Positions 49,604 to 57,059 of a stretch of DNA of 64,000 nt are shown one piece after another (within the stretch, counting starts at the first letter, position 1; each line of letters starts with the position of its first letter). The DNA is from Bacteroidota bacterium (lineage in GTDB: Bacteria > Bacteroidota > Bacteroidia > B-17B0 > Aurantibacillaceae). The stretch is from the NCBI GenBank assembly GCA_033763945.1, contig JANRJN010000018.1, positions 112,475-176,474 on the forward strand. The letters run 5' to 3'. Below the pieces are notes generated by a model that was not told the DNA's origin, did not search any database, and saw only the letters and a program-made list of their open reading frames with translations. Both the position numbers and the translations under genes were made by a program.

Positions 49604-49636
49604 ACGGAGCATGCCAAAAATCCGATAAAGAGTAGG
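49604..49636 (+). promoter_or_regulatory. Cassette-leader motif, copy 4 (full)
   Basis: ACGGAGCATGCCAAAAATCCGATAAAGAGTAGG. CGGA/TCCG can pair around a 12-nt loop. GAGTAGG ends 16 nt before the ATG at 49653. Confidence 0.5.
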
Positions 49637-49652
49637 CACAAAAAAAACAGTT

Positions 49653-50300
49653 ATGTCATTAGTATCAAGAAAAGAATTTGAACGTTTGTACTCAGCAGAG
49701 TTATTGCCGGCATCCGGCGAAAATTATTCAATTGGCGATATTTGGGATTGGGAGGGACTTATTAACCAAAAGTTGGTGTTTAGGTTTGAGAGCGTTACCG
49801 ACGTAGTTATGAACGAGGAGTTAAAACAAAAACTTAAAAACATACCCCTGGTGCAGGGTAATTTACCGGAGGTTGACATGACCTCTGACATTAAAATTGA
49901 TGCCGGTGCCGCCATACCTGTTTTAAAAGACATTAATGTGGGCAATAATTTAGATGTGAAAAGCATTGTAAAATTTAGTTTTGGCAATGTAATGAGCAAA
50001 AATATTTTAGACTACCGCATGGATTTTAACAGAGAACTGGAAAAACTGAAAAACCAAAATTTTGACAAGTACAAAGAAAAAATACGCAATTACGAAGTAG
50101 TAATGCAGTATTGGTATGCGGGCAGTGTAAATTTGGTGGTAGACAAAACCGTGGGCGATACCGCCAATATAAAAGCAAAAATACAGGGCATGGGGCTGGA
50201 ATTTAAAAGCGATGTAACAACCGATAATAAAGAAACCATAAGCATAAAAACCTCTAAAGCACCGTTTGCAGCACAGTTTATGAAAGGCAGGGATTTGTAA
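49653..50300 (+). CDS. Hypothetical beta-rich cytoplasmic protein (speculatively gasdermin-like)
   Basis: 215 aa with no TM helix or signal peptide. Beta-strand-like segments flank one Lys/Glu-rich helix (NRELEKLKNQNFDKYKEKIRNYE). The CDS call is sound; the fold assignment is only a guess. Confidence 0.5.
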   Translation: MSLVSRKEFERLYSAELLPASGENYSIGDIWDWEGLINQKLVFRFESVTDVVMNEELKQKLKNIPLVQGNLPEVDMTSDIKIDAGAAIPVLKDINVGNNLDVKSIVKFSFGNVMSKNILDYRMDFNRELEKLKNQNFDKYKEKIRNYEVVMQYWYAGSVNLVVDKTVGDTANIKAKIQGMGLEFKSDVTTDNKETISIKTSKAPFAAQFMKGRDL

Positions 50301-50382
50301 CAAACAATTTTAAGTAAGTACAAACGCTTACAAACGGATATGTGGCGCCTAGCGACTAGTTAGCGGTCACCTTATAAAGACA

Positions 50383-51420
50383 ATGCAAGAAACGAACGAC
50401 ATATTAAACCTTAAAGTTTCCTTCCAAGAAAATACTTGGACAGATGTTTCTTTAATTGAGCCAACAATTAAAAACGTTTTAGATTCTCAGAAATCTGACA
50501 AATACAAACAGCAGGTAACAAATTTAAGAACCAACCTTGACAAAGGAAATACAGACTATTATAACGAGAATAAAAAGCGTTTACCGGCAGTTACGTTTAG
50601 TGCAACTTTTAATTCAAGCAGGACAAGGGAAAACGTAAAATATTACAATAGTCTCATTGTTCTGGACATTGACAAACTTAATCCTGAACAAATTGAAATC
50701 TGCTACAAGCAGCTTCTTCAAGACGATTTTGTTTTTTCTTTTTGGCGTTCACCATCAAATAAAGGCTTTAAGGGACTTGTTCAGTTAGAATTTATAGACA
50801 TTTCTGACGAAATAGACCTTGACACAAAACACAAAAGTGCCTTTAAGAAATTATCAAACTATTTTCAGAATACATACAATTTAGAACTTGACAAAAGCGG
50901 AAGCGACATTAGTCGCTTGTGTTTTCTTTCTTACGACACTGAACTCGTAAGAAAAGAAACATCTAAAAAGTTTCAAGTTTCAAATGATGACATCAAGGCA
51001 ATTGCACCGAAAACAAATAACGGAAGGACAAGAAAAATTAAGTTTGTGAGCAACAGAGATGCTTTATTCAATCCATTAGAAAGAAACAACCAATATGATA
51101 GAAAATTGATGACGGATATTATTCGTTATTTAACAAATAAAAACTTGTCAATTACTTTTTCTTATTCTGAATGGTGTAGAGTTGCTATGGCGATAGCTAA
51201 TACATTCACTTACGATATTGGGCTAAATTATTTTACAAAATTGAGTAAATTGGACGGAGCAAAATTCAATGAAATTCATTGCACGAATTTTTTAATTAAT
51301 TGCTACGAAACAAAAAATGGTAATGTAACTTTTGCAAGTATAATTCACTTAGTAAATCAAAAAGGATATAAAACAAAACAACAAAAAATAAAGGAAGGGG
51401 TTCTGAAGGTGGAGAGTTAA
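50383..51420 (+). CDS. AEP primase-polymerase-like protein (VirE_N/BT4734-like N-domain plus PriCT-like C-domain)
   Basis: LPAVTFSATF...SLIVLDIDKL (DxD), FWRSPSNKGFKGLVQLE (sPSGkG-like) and SDISRLCFLSYDTELV, then a C-terminal helical YSEWCRVAMAIAN region. No helicase or P-loop domain. Confidence 0.65.
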   Translation: MQETNDILNLKVSFQENTWTDVSLIEPTIKNVLDSQKSDKYKQQVTNLRTNLDKGNTDYYNENKKRLPAVTFSATFNSSRTRENVKYYNSLIVLDIDKLNPEQIEICYKQLLQDDFVFSFWRSPSNKGFKGLVQLEFIDISDEIDLDTKHKSAFKKLSNYFQNTYNLELDKSGSDISRLCFLSYDTELVRKETSKKFQVSNDDIKAIAPKTNNGRTRKIKFVSNRDALFNPLERNNQYDRKLMTDIIRYLTNKNLSITFSYSEWCRVAMAIANTFTYDIGLNYFTKLSKLDGAKFNEIHCTNFLINCYETKNGNVTFASIIHLVNQKGYKTKQQKIKEGVLKVES

Positions 51421-51496
51421 ATCTTCGCAAGTATCACTGTCATCAACGGTTAAGCACAACCCGACAGCTTAAAAAGTGCACGACATTATATGTCAG

Positions 51497-51504
51497 TATC
51501 TTTG
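51497..51504 (+). promoter_or_regulatory. Candidate -7 promoter box for the RT gene
   Basis: TATCTTTG matches TAnnTTTG and ends 5 nt before the first ATG (51510). This would favour the ATG at 51552 as the real start. Confidence 0.3.
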
Positions 51505-51509
51505 TCAAT

Positions 51510-53339
51510 ATGCGAGCAATCGCTTTACAGGAACCCTTTCCTTTTTTTATTATGAGAACATTTGAAAGTTATTTTAGCGAAAATGAAATCTTGAAATTAG
51601 TTTGCAAGGTTCGTGTTAAACTTGCTAAGAACAAGTCCAAGAAGCATTTATTGCATTTGTTAACTTCAAACCCTGCTTTCAATTATCACGTTAAATTCAA
51701 CTCTGAACCCGAAAACGATTTTGAACAAAATCAAAAAGAACTTTCGGAGTTTTTATTGTCAATTTTGCCCCCAAGAAAAAAATGGTTGAAATTGGGCGAA
51801 GATTCAAGAAGAAAGCCCAACAGTAAAAATGAATTTCTTACTTCAAACGACAAAAATTATTATAGCCTATTAAAAACGATAAAAGCAGAAAGTAAAAAAG
51901 CTGTTAAAGCTAATTGGTATATCAACTTACAGAAATTTATAAACGACATTATTGTTGTTTCTAAAGGCAATGAATACGAAGTTTCAAAACCAATCATTTT
52001 CCCAAAACTAAAAGATAAAATAAAACAAGAAGGGAAAAATGAATGTAGACCTATTTGCATTTACAGTTTGAAAGACCGTATTATTTTAAGCCTGACAAAT
52101 AAATTTTTGACAAGAGTTTTTGATGAGCAATTTCAAGATAGTTCTTATGCGTTTAGAGCAAAGAGAAATTCACAAGGGAACATTATCTCGCATCACGATT
52201 GTATTGTCGGCATTGGAAATTATAGAAACGCAAATGCAAACAGCAAATTATTTGTAGCAGAATGTGATATGAAAAAATTTTATGACACAGTAAATCATAA
52301 AATTGCTTGGCATTTGTTTCAATCTTTGTCAGAAACAGCAAAAGCAACTTACGCAGAACTCAATTTTGAATCGCCAATCAAAATATTTAATAGTTACTTA
52401 AACAGCTTTGCTTTTAACATTGATATTCCAAAAGAAACAGACACTGCATATTGGACATCATATAAAATTCCAAATGGTTTTTTTGGTTGGATTGACGAAG
52501 CAACTATAAATATTCACTATACTGATATTTGTGTCGAAAGAATAGGAATTCCACAAGGCGGAGCACTTTCGGGGCTAATTGCAAACATCTATCTAAATCA
52601 AGCCGACATAGAATTGAAAAAAATCGATGTGTTTTATCAGCGTTTTTGTGATGATATGATAATTATTGCCAAAGATTTTTACACTTGCGATACAGCAAAA
52701 AATGCTTATGAAGTTGAGTTGAAAAAATTAAAATTGTTTCCTCACAAATTCAAAAGCACCAACGAATTAAAAGAGACAACTATTGGAAAAACAAAACTAT
52801 CAAAGTTTTGGGAAGGAAAATCAAAAGGACCTTACAAATGGGGAAAAGTTGAAGACAATGCTTTCCCTTGGATTGGTTTTGTTGGCTATGAAATGGATTA
52901 TTTAGGAAACATTCGTGTTCGCAAAAAATCATTGTTAAAAGAACTTGCTAAACAAAAAACGATAATTCGTGAAATCAAGAATGCTGTAAAAGAAGGAATG
53001 CGAAAACCTAAAGGGACAGCGACTGAATCTGCAATAAACAGACTTATTGGAATGTCAGTTGGCAGAATTGGGCTTGACAATTTTGACGAAGTATCAACTG
53101 ATATGTGTTGGAAAAACGGGTTTAGAGAATTGACAGTAAACAAGCATTCAAAAGGACAAATAAAGCAATTGGACAGAAATCGAAGTAAACACTATTACAA
53201 GTTACTCAAAGAATTAGAAGAACCGGAATTAGAGTTTGACGAAGACGAAGAGAATGAAAAAAGAAAATATGTAAAGTATGACAAACCTTTTAGTTACTAT
53301 CATCAAATCATTGAACGACAAAGAAAGGCGAACCGCTAA
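51510..53339 (+). CDS. Stand-alone reverse transcriptase (unclassified; alternative start 51552)
   Basis: RT motifs in order: RPICIYSLKDRIILSLTNKFL (1/2), CDMKKFYDTVNH (A), GIPQGGALSGLIANIYLN (B), YQRFCDDMIIIA (C, xxDD at about 52644-52655), LKLFPHKFK (D) and FPWIGFVGYEMD (E). It has a roughly 170-aa N-terminal and a roughly 140-aa C-terminal extension. Confidence 0.85.
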   Translation: MRAIALQEPFPFFIMRTFESYFSENEILKLVCKVRVKLAKNKSKKHLLHLLTSNPAFNYHVKFNSEPENDFEQNQKELSEFLLSILPPRKKWLKLGEDSRRKPNSKNEFLTSNDKNYYSLLKTIKAESKKAVKANWYINLQKFINDIIVVSKGNEYEVSKPIIFPKLKDKIKQEGKNECRPICIYSLKDRIILSLTNKFLTRVFDEQFQDSSYAFRAKRNSQGNIISHHDCIVGIGNYRNANANSKLFVAECDMKKFYDTVNHKIAWHLFQSLSETAKATYAELNFESPIKIFNSYLNSFAFNIDIPKETDTAYWTSYKIPNGFFGWIDEATINIHYTDICVERIGIPQGGALSGLIANIYLNQADIELKKIDVFYQRFCDDMIIIAKDFYTCDTAKNAYEVELKKLKLFPHKFKSTNELKETTIGKTKLSKFWEGKSKGPYKWGKVEDNAFPWIGFVGYEMDYLGNIRVRKKSLLKELAKQKTIIREIKNAVKEGMRKPKGTATESAINRLIGMSVGRIGLDNFDEVSTDMCWKNGFRELTVNKHSKGQIKQLDRNRSKHYYKLLKELEEPELEFDEDEENEKRKYVKYDKPFSYYHQIIERQRKANR

Positions 53340-53341
53340 CA

Positions 53342-53453
53342 GCACCTACAAGAAATTGGCGGTTCAGTGGTTAAATGAAGCATTGTGCTTCGTATCAAGT
53401 TCAGTACTGGCAGACAGTTTAGTGCTTCGAAATCGCCAATTTCTTGTAGCTGC
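53342..53453 (+). ncRNA. Candidate structured RNA/DNA element closed by a 16-bp perfect inverted repeat
   Basis: CTACAAGAAATTGGCG (53346-53361) is the exact reverse complement of CGCCAATTTCTTGTAG (53434-53449), and 3 more pairs follow one mismatch. The 72-nt interior holds the hairpin GAAGCA-ttg-TGCTTC (53377-53391) and two direct-repeat units (GTTCAGT...GTGCTTCG twice). It starts 3 nt after the RT stop. Confidence 0.45.
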
Positions 53454-53483
53454 AAACCGTTATTAAAAATTAACATAAGTAAT

Positions 53484-53930
53484 ATGGATTCAACTAACAA
53501 AGAACTTCCCCTTACTTCAAAAACTTATTTTTTAAAACAGGGGCAAAGCATAAGCAAGCTATATGCTTTAATAAATCATAACGTGTTAACACATCGCTTA
53601 AAAAAATGGTTTTCTGTATTAATAGAGCTAATTTTATATGTTTTGTTTTTATTGGGGGTTTCAATCAGTATTACTATTCCAACCAATATTAACTTATTTA
53701 TAGCAGGTAACGATGATACCAGTTTAACCGGTACTATTAACAATGAAGATTTTTATATTGTGATGTTATGTATCAAATTAGTTATTTTTCTCATTTCGTT
53801 ACCTATTTTGTTTTTTGCAATTGTTTTGATGCGTAACCGAAAAAAAAACAATTTAATACATAAAGTATTTTCAGAAGTAAAGGAAATGAAAGAAACATTT
53901 AATAAGGCATTAACAGATTTAAATTTATAA
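53484..53930 (+). CDS. 2-TM membrane protein (paralog of 37682-38164)
   Basis: The start is moved to the ATG at 53484 because the track ORF start at 53385 lies inside the inverted repeat. Two TM helices and a basic post-TM2 segment (MRNRKKNNLIHKVF). Confidence 0.55.
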   Translation: MDSTNKELPLTSKTYFLKQGQSISKLYALINHNVLTHRLKKWFSVLIELILYVLFLLGVSISITIPTNINLFIAGNDDTSLTGTINNEDFYIVMLCIKLVIFLISLPILFFAIVLMRNRKKNNLIHKVFSEVKEMKETFNKALTDLNL

Positions 53931-53991
53931 CTCATTAATTGGAGATAATGGCATTAGCCCTGCTGCAGAAGGTATTTTAATTAAGAACAAA

Positions 53992-54055
53992 ATGGAGTAA
54001 CCCAAAAAGCCATAAAATGAGTAGGGGGCGATAACCGAAAAGCCAAAAGAGTAGG
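53992..54055 (+). promoter_or_regulatory. Cassette-leader motif, copies 5a and 5b (tandem)
   Basis: ATGGAGTAACCCAAAAAGCCATAAAATGAGTAGG (53992-54025) and GGCGATAACCGAAAAGCCAAAAGAGTAGG (54027-54055). The stems TGG/CCA and GGC/GCC replace CGGA/TCCG. The ATG at 54074 lies 18 nt downstream. Confidence 0.5.
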
Positions 54056-54073
54056 ATTAAAACAAAAATTATT

Positions 54074-54544
54074 ATGGCTCATTTAAATTTAATTGCAACT
54101 GGAAAAAGTATCGAATTACAAATAGATGTTTACGATTGGACATCATTTGAAGTTAACGAACAATCTGTTCAACCTGGAGGGTCAATCACCGTTGACTCTT
54201 GCGCAACGTTTACCGGTGTGTATAAGGCCGGCACTCCTGCTTATCCGTGGACGTTTATGACGTTTATTAATTTTGGATTAAGTAATAGTCACGTTTGGGT
54301 GGCAGTTGTACAATTTACAAAAGTTGATGGCGGGTGCCAAGTAAGTGGAAATATTAATTATGCAAACGAAAGCAGCAATTTTAATATAAACCAATTAGTC
54401 GCCACACTTCAAGCAACCCAACCACAGACATCGGTTCCGTTTACTGTTAATACTGCAGGTACAACCACAAATCCGGCTGGTTCGCAAACTTTCAGTGCCA
54501 ATGGGCTTACCGGCTCTTTTGTTGCTAATGTTCAATCAAGGTAA
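54074..54544 (+). CDS. Hypothetical beta-rich protein
   Basis: 156 aa with no signal peptide and a Thr/Asn/Gln-rich C-terminus; no family recognised. Confidence 0.5.
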   Translation: MAHLNLIATGKSIELQIDVYDWTSFEVNEQSVQPGGSITVDSCATFTGVYKAGTPAYPWTFMTFINFGLSNSHVWVAVVQFTKVDGGCQVSGNINYANESSNFNINQLVATLQATQPQTSVPFTVNTAGTTTNPAGSQTFSANGLTGSFVANVQSR

Positions 54545-54651
54545 CAACCAACTACTTTTAATTTTAAACAACATCTACTATTTGTAGATAAAAACGAAAA
54601 GGAATAATTCCAAAAGTTTAAAAATAAAAATATGGCTTCAACAATCAAGTT

Positions 54652-54674
54652 CCGCAGGATTTGTAATCCTGCGG
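54652..54674 (+). terminator. Stem-loop (possible terminator)
   Basis: CCGCAGGAT-ttgta-ATCCTGCGG forms a perfect 9-bp stem, but no clear T-run follows. Confidence 0.35.
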
Positions 54675-54812
54675 GTACATGTCTTTAACCATAAGTCGCC
54701 ACCCAATTTTCAGTTTACAGCCTTATCCTTTTTCTTCTTCACAAAAAAATGTCGTCCTCTACCTTTCATGCGTAGTAAACAAATTATGCCGTAAATTAGT
54801 GTAAGATAAAAC

Positions 54813-55415
54813 ATGCACACTTTGGCTAAATTATTATTTCTGCTATTGTTTAGCCCTTTTGCCCTAAACGCTCAAATCGAGGAAACTATGCCCGGTAGCG
54901 GAGAGTTGAGCATGACCTTTCCCAGTATTTATTTTAAACACAATTCTACCGAGTATGCGGTAATGCCTTATAGTGTAGATTCTTGTTTTAAAAGTATTGC
55001 TCACCGTTTCGAAGCCAGCGTGAATAGTTTGGTTATTTGGCGCGACAGTATAGAAACGGAAGCCCTTACAGAAAAACGCATTAAAAAATTAAAAGTCGCT
55101 TTACGCAAATATAAATCCCTTAAGGAAATTAATATCCATTCGATGGGCAACGAACAAAAAATTTCGCGATACACAATTAACAAACCCGAGAACACAGAAC
55201 AAAAACACTATTTGTTAACCCTGAACAGTGTATTGGATGTTTCTAAAACTATCATTCCTGCCAAAAACAATAAACGAGAACTAAACCATTTAGAGCGTCC
55301 TCGTATAACCTGCTGGAGTTGTTGGATACACGGCTTTCATCTTAAAACCCGATGGAAGCTGCGTAAAGTTTTAAAACAAGCCAAACGAAACCGAAAGGCG
55401 CAGCAAGGGAAGTAA
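54813..55415 (+). CDS. Hypothetical secreted protein with basic C-terminal tail
   Basis: Signal peptide (LLFLLLFSPFALNAQ). FPSIYFKHNSTEY is faintly OmpA-C-like. The C-terminal 40 aa are Lys/Arg-rich. Confidence 0.45.
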   Translation: MHTLAKLLFLLLFSPFALNAQIEETMPGSGELSMTFPSIYFKHNSTEYAVMPYSVDSCFKSIAHRFEASVNSLVIWRDSIETEALTEKRIKKLKVALRKYKSLKEINIHSMGNEQKISRYTINKPENTEQKHYLLTLNSVLDVSKTIIPAKNNKRELNHLERPRITCWSCWIHGFHLKTRWKLRKVLKQAKRNRKAQQGK

Positions 55416-55599
55416 TTGGGTTTTTTGAGCGTTGGCCATGGCACTTCGTGGGACGCAGAGTTGATTTTAAAAAAGACGTCAAATATGTAATACCCAGTAA
55501 GAGATTACACGCTTCTTTTGTTAAAGAATTTAAAAAACACACATTTTATCTGTAACATATTTATGTTTTCGTCGTTATACTATCAAAAAGGGGGTAACT

Positions 55600-56970
55600 A
55601 TGAAAAAATATCATACTTTTCTAATCTTATTTTTTATTGCTTCAACACTCGTTGGGCAAAAAGTAAAAATTGAAGACTTACTTTTAATAAAGCCTATTTA
55701 TACCCAAAAACTTAATGCAGCCAACTTGACGAATAATACCGTGCAGTTAAAAATGGACTTTAATTCTCCGGTTATTTTAAATGCCTCTAGTGCCAATCCC
55801 CTAAAGAATTTAAGTATTTTAAAAGTGGAATTGTATTATACGGCATTTCAAGTTTCAGAACGATTTAGTCAACCAAAACTAAACAAAGAAAGGTTGGAAA
55901 ATTTAAAAAGTATTTTTCCCGAATTGTTTGATCAATCTTACACAACATGGGAGTTTAAGGCGCAAAACGATTGTAAAGAGGAGCAGACAGCCCGCAGTTA
56001 TTTTCATGGATTTGTTATAACATACATACCAAGGCCAACTGCAGAGGATACAAAAAAGGAAATAACCAAAATAAATGCCATTTTAAAATCCGATTCATTA
56101 GGTTTTGATTCTGTTTACAATGATTACTTTCCAAGAATAAAGAATAAAAAAATCAAAACAGGATTTTACATTCCTGTATCAAAGCGAAAAAGAGAAATGG
56201 GAATAGTTTACACTAAAAAAAGTGTTTTTAATAGAAAACCGCAATACGTTAATAAGGTTGATACTTTAGGACCAGGTAAAGAATATCATAAATTTGTTGA
56301 AGGTAAAGATGCTTTGGCATTTGTAAAACGAAATGTAAAGGACTCAACTGTTTTTAGTGTTTTAAGAAGACAGAATAAATGGAGAGAAGTGGCATTTGTG
56401 TGCGATGTTACAGGAAGCATGTCGCCATACACTACTCAGTTGTTGGTTTGGTATAAATTAAATTGTATGTCGAACACAATAAATTATTTTACTTTTTTTA
56501 ACGATGGCGATAATAAGGAGGATAGAAAAAAGAAAATTGGAAACACGGGTGGGATTTATAATGTAGAGGCAGTTCGTTACGACGATGTGGAAGCTGGCAT
56601 ACAAAAGGCAATGATGGCTGGAAGTGGTGGAGATGGACCTGAAAATAATTGCGAGGCTTTATTAGAAACAATTAAACACAAGCCTGATGCAAAAGAATAT
56701 GTAATGGTGGCTGATAATTTTGCGAATGTTAAAGATATTAAGTTGATGAGTGAAATTAATAAACCTATACATATTATTATTTGTGGTATGGGTAATGCTA
56801 TTGTAAATACCGATTATTTAGATTTAGCCAGAGCAACAAAAGGAAGCATACATAGTATTGAACAAGATATTGATAATTTGATGTCATTAAACGAAGGACA
56901 AACAATAACCTTTAACGGAATAAAATACATTTTACACAAAGGGAGATTTCACAAACTGACGGGTATGTAA
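55600..56970 (+). CDS. Secreted von Willebrand factor A (vWA)-like domain protein
   Basis: Signal peptide. MIDAS-like VAFVCDVTGSMSPY (DxTGS) with downstream GGDGPENNCEAL and VMVADN strands. Confidence 0.55.
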   Translation: MKKYHTFLILFFIASTLVGQKVKIEDLLLIKPIYTQKLNAANLTNNTVQLKMDFNSPVILNASSANPLKNLSILKVELYYTAFQVSERFSQPKLNKERLENLKSIFPELFDQSYTTWEFKAQNDCKEEQTARSYFHGFVITYIPRPTAEDTKKEITKINAILKSDSLGFDSVYNDYFPRIKNKKIKTGFYIPVSKRKREMGIVYTKKSVFNRKPQYVNKVDTLGPGKEYHKFVEGKDALAFVKRNVKDSTVFSVLRRQNKWREVAFVCDVTGSMSPYTTQLLVWYKLNCMSNTINYFTFFNDGDNKEDRKKKIGNTGGIYNVEAVRYDDVEAGIQKAMMAGSGGDGPENNCEALLETIKHKPDAKEYVMVADNFANVKDIKLMSEINKPIHIIICGMGNAIVNTDYLDLARATKGSIHSIEQDIDNLMSLNEGQTITFNGIKYILHKGRFHKLTGM

Positions 56971-57059
56971 TTTTCATTGTTTCTTTAACTGTCATTAAAA
57001 TTGCATTTTTTTACGGTTCTTTTCACAATTAATTGTATTATATTAGTTGTGTAAATTCC

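Noticed and set aside
51510-53453. Labelling the RT as a retron, group II intron or DGR RT
   Set aside because: There is no intron ribozyme or maturase/endonuclease domain. There is no template/variable repeat pair or Avd-like gene. The inverted-repeat element lies downstream rather than upstream, it is short for an msr-msd, and I see no VTG-type retron hallmark. The class is left open.
53278-53483. Track ORF 53278-53466 and the N-terminal 33 codons of ORF 53385-53930
   Set aside because: They run through the inverted-repeat element and the RT 3' end. The paralog alignment and the first ATG with a sensible N-terminus support a start at 53484.
43112-54055. Leader motif read as integron attC sites, or as an ECF-sigma promoter (-35 AACC, -10 GTAGG)
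   Set aside because: There is no integron integrase, and I could not see an attC-type R''/L''...L'/R' paired core structure. The distance between TAACC and GAGTAGG varies from 12 to 16 nt among copies, which is poor for a fixed-spacing promoter. I kept it as an unclassified RNA/DNA motif instead.
54632-54688. 18-aa ORF MASTIKFRRICNPAGTCL with two Cys, considered as a possible small disulfide peptide or RiPP precursor
   Set aside because: The Cys-containing part is encoded by the 9-bp hairpin arms (54652-54674). No modification enzymes are nearby, so it is most likely a by-product of the stem-loop.
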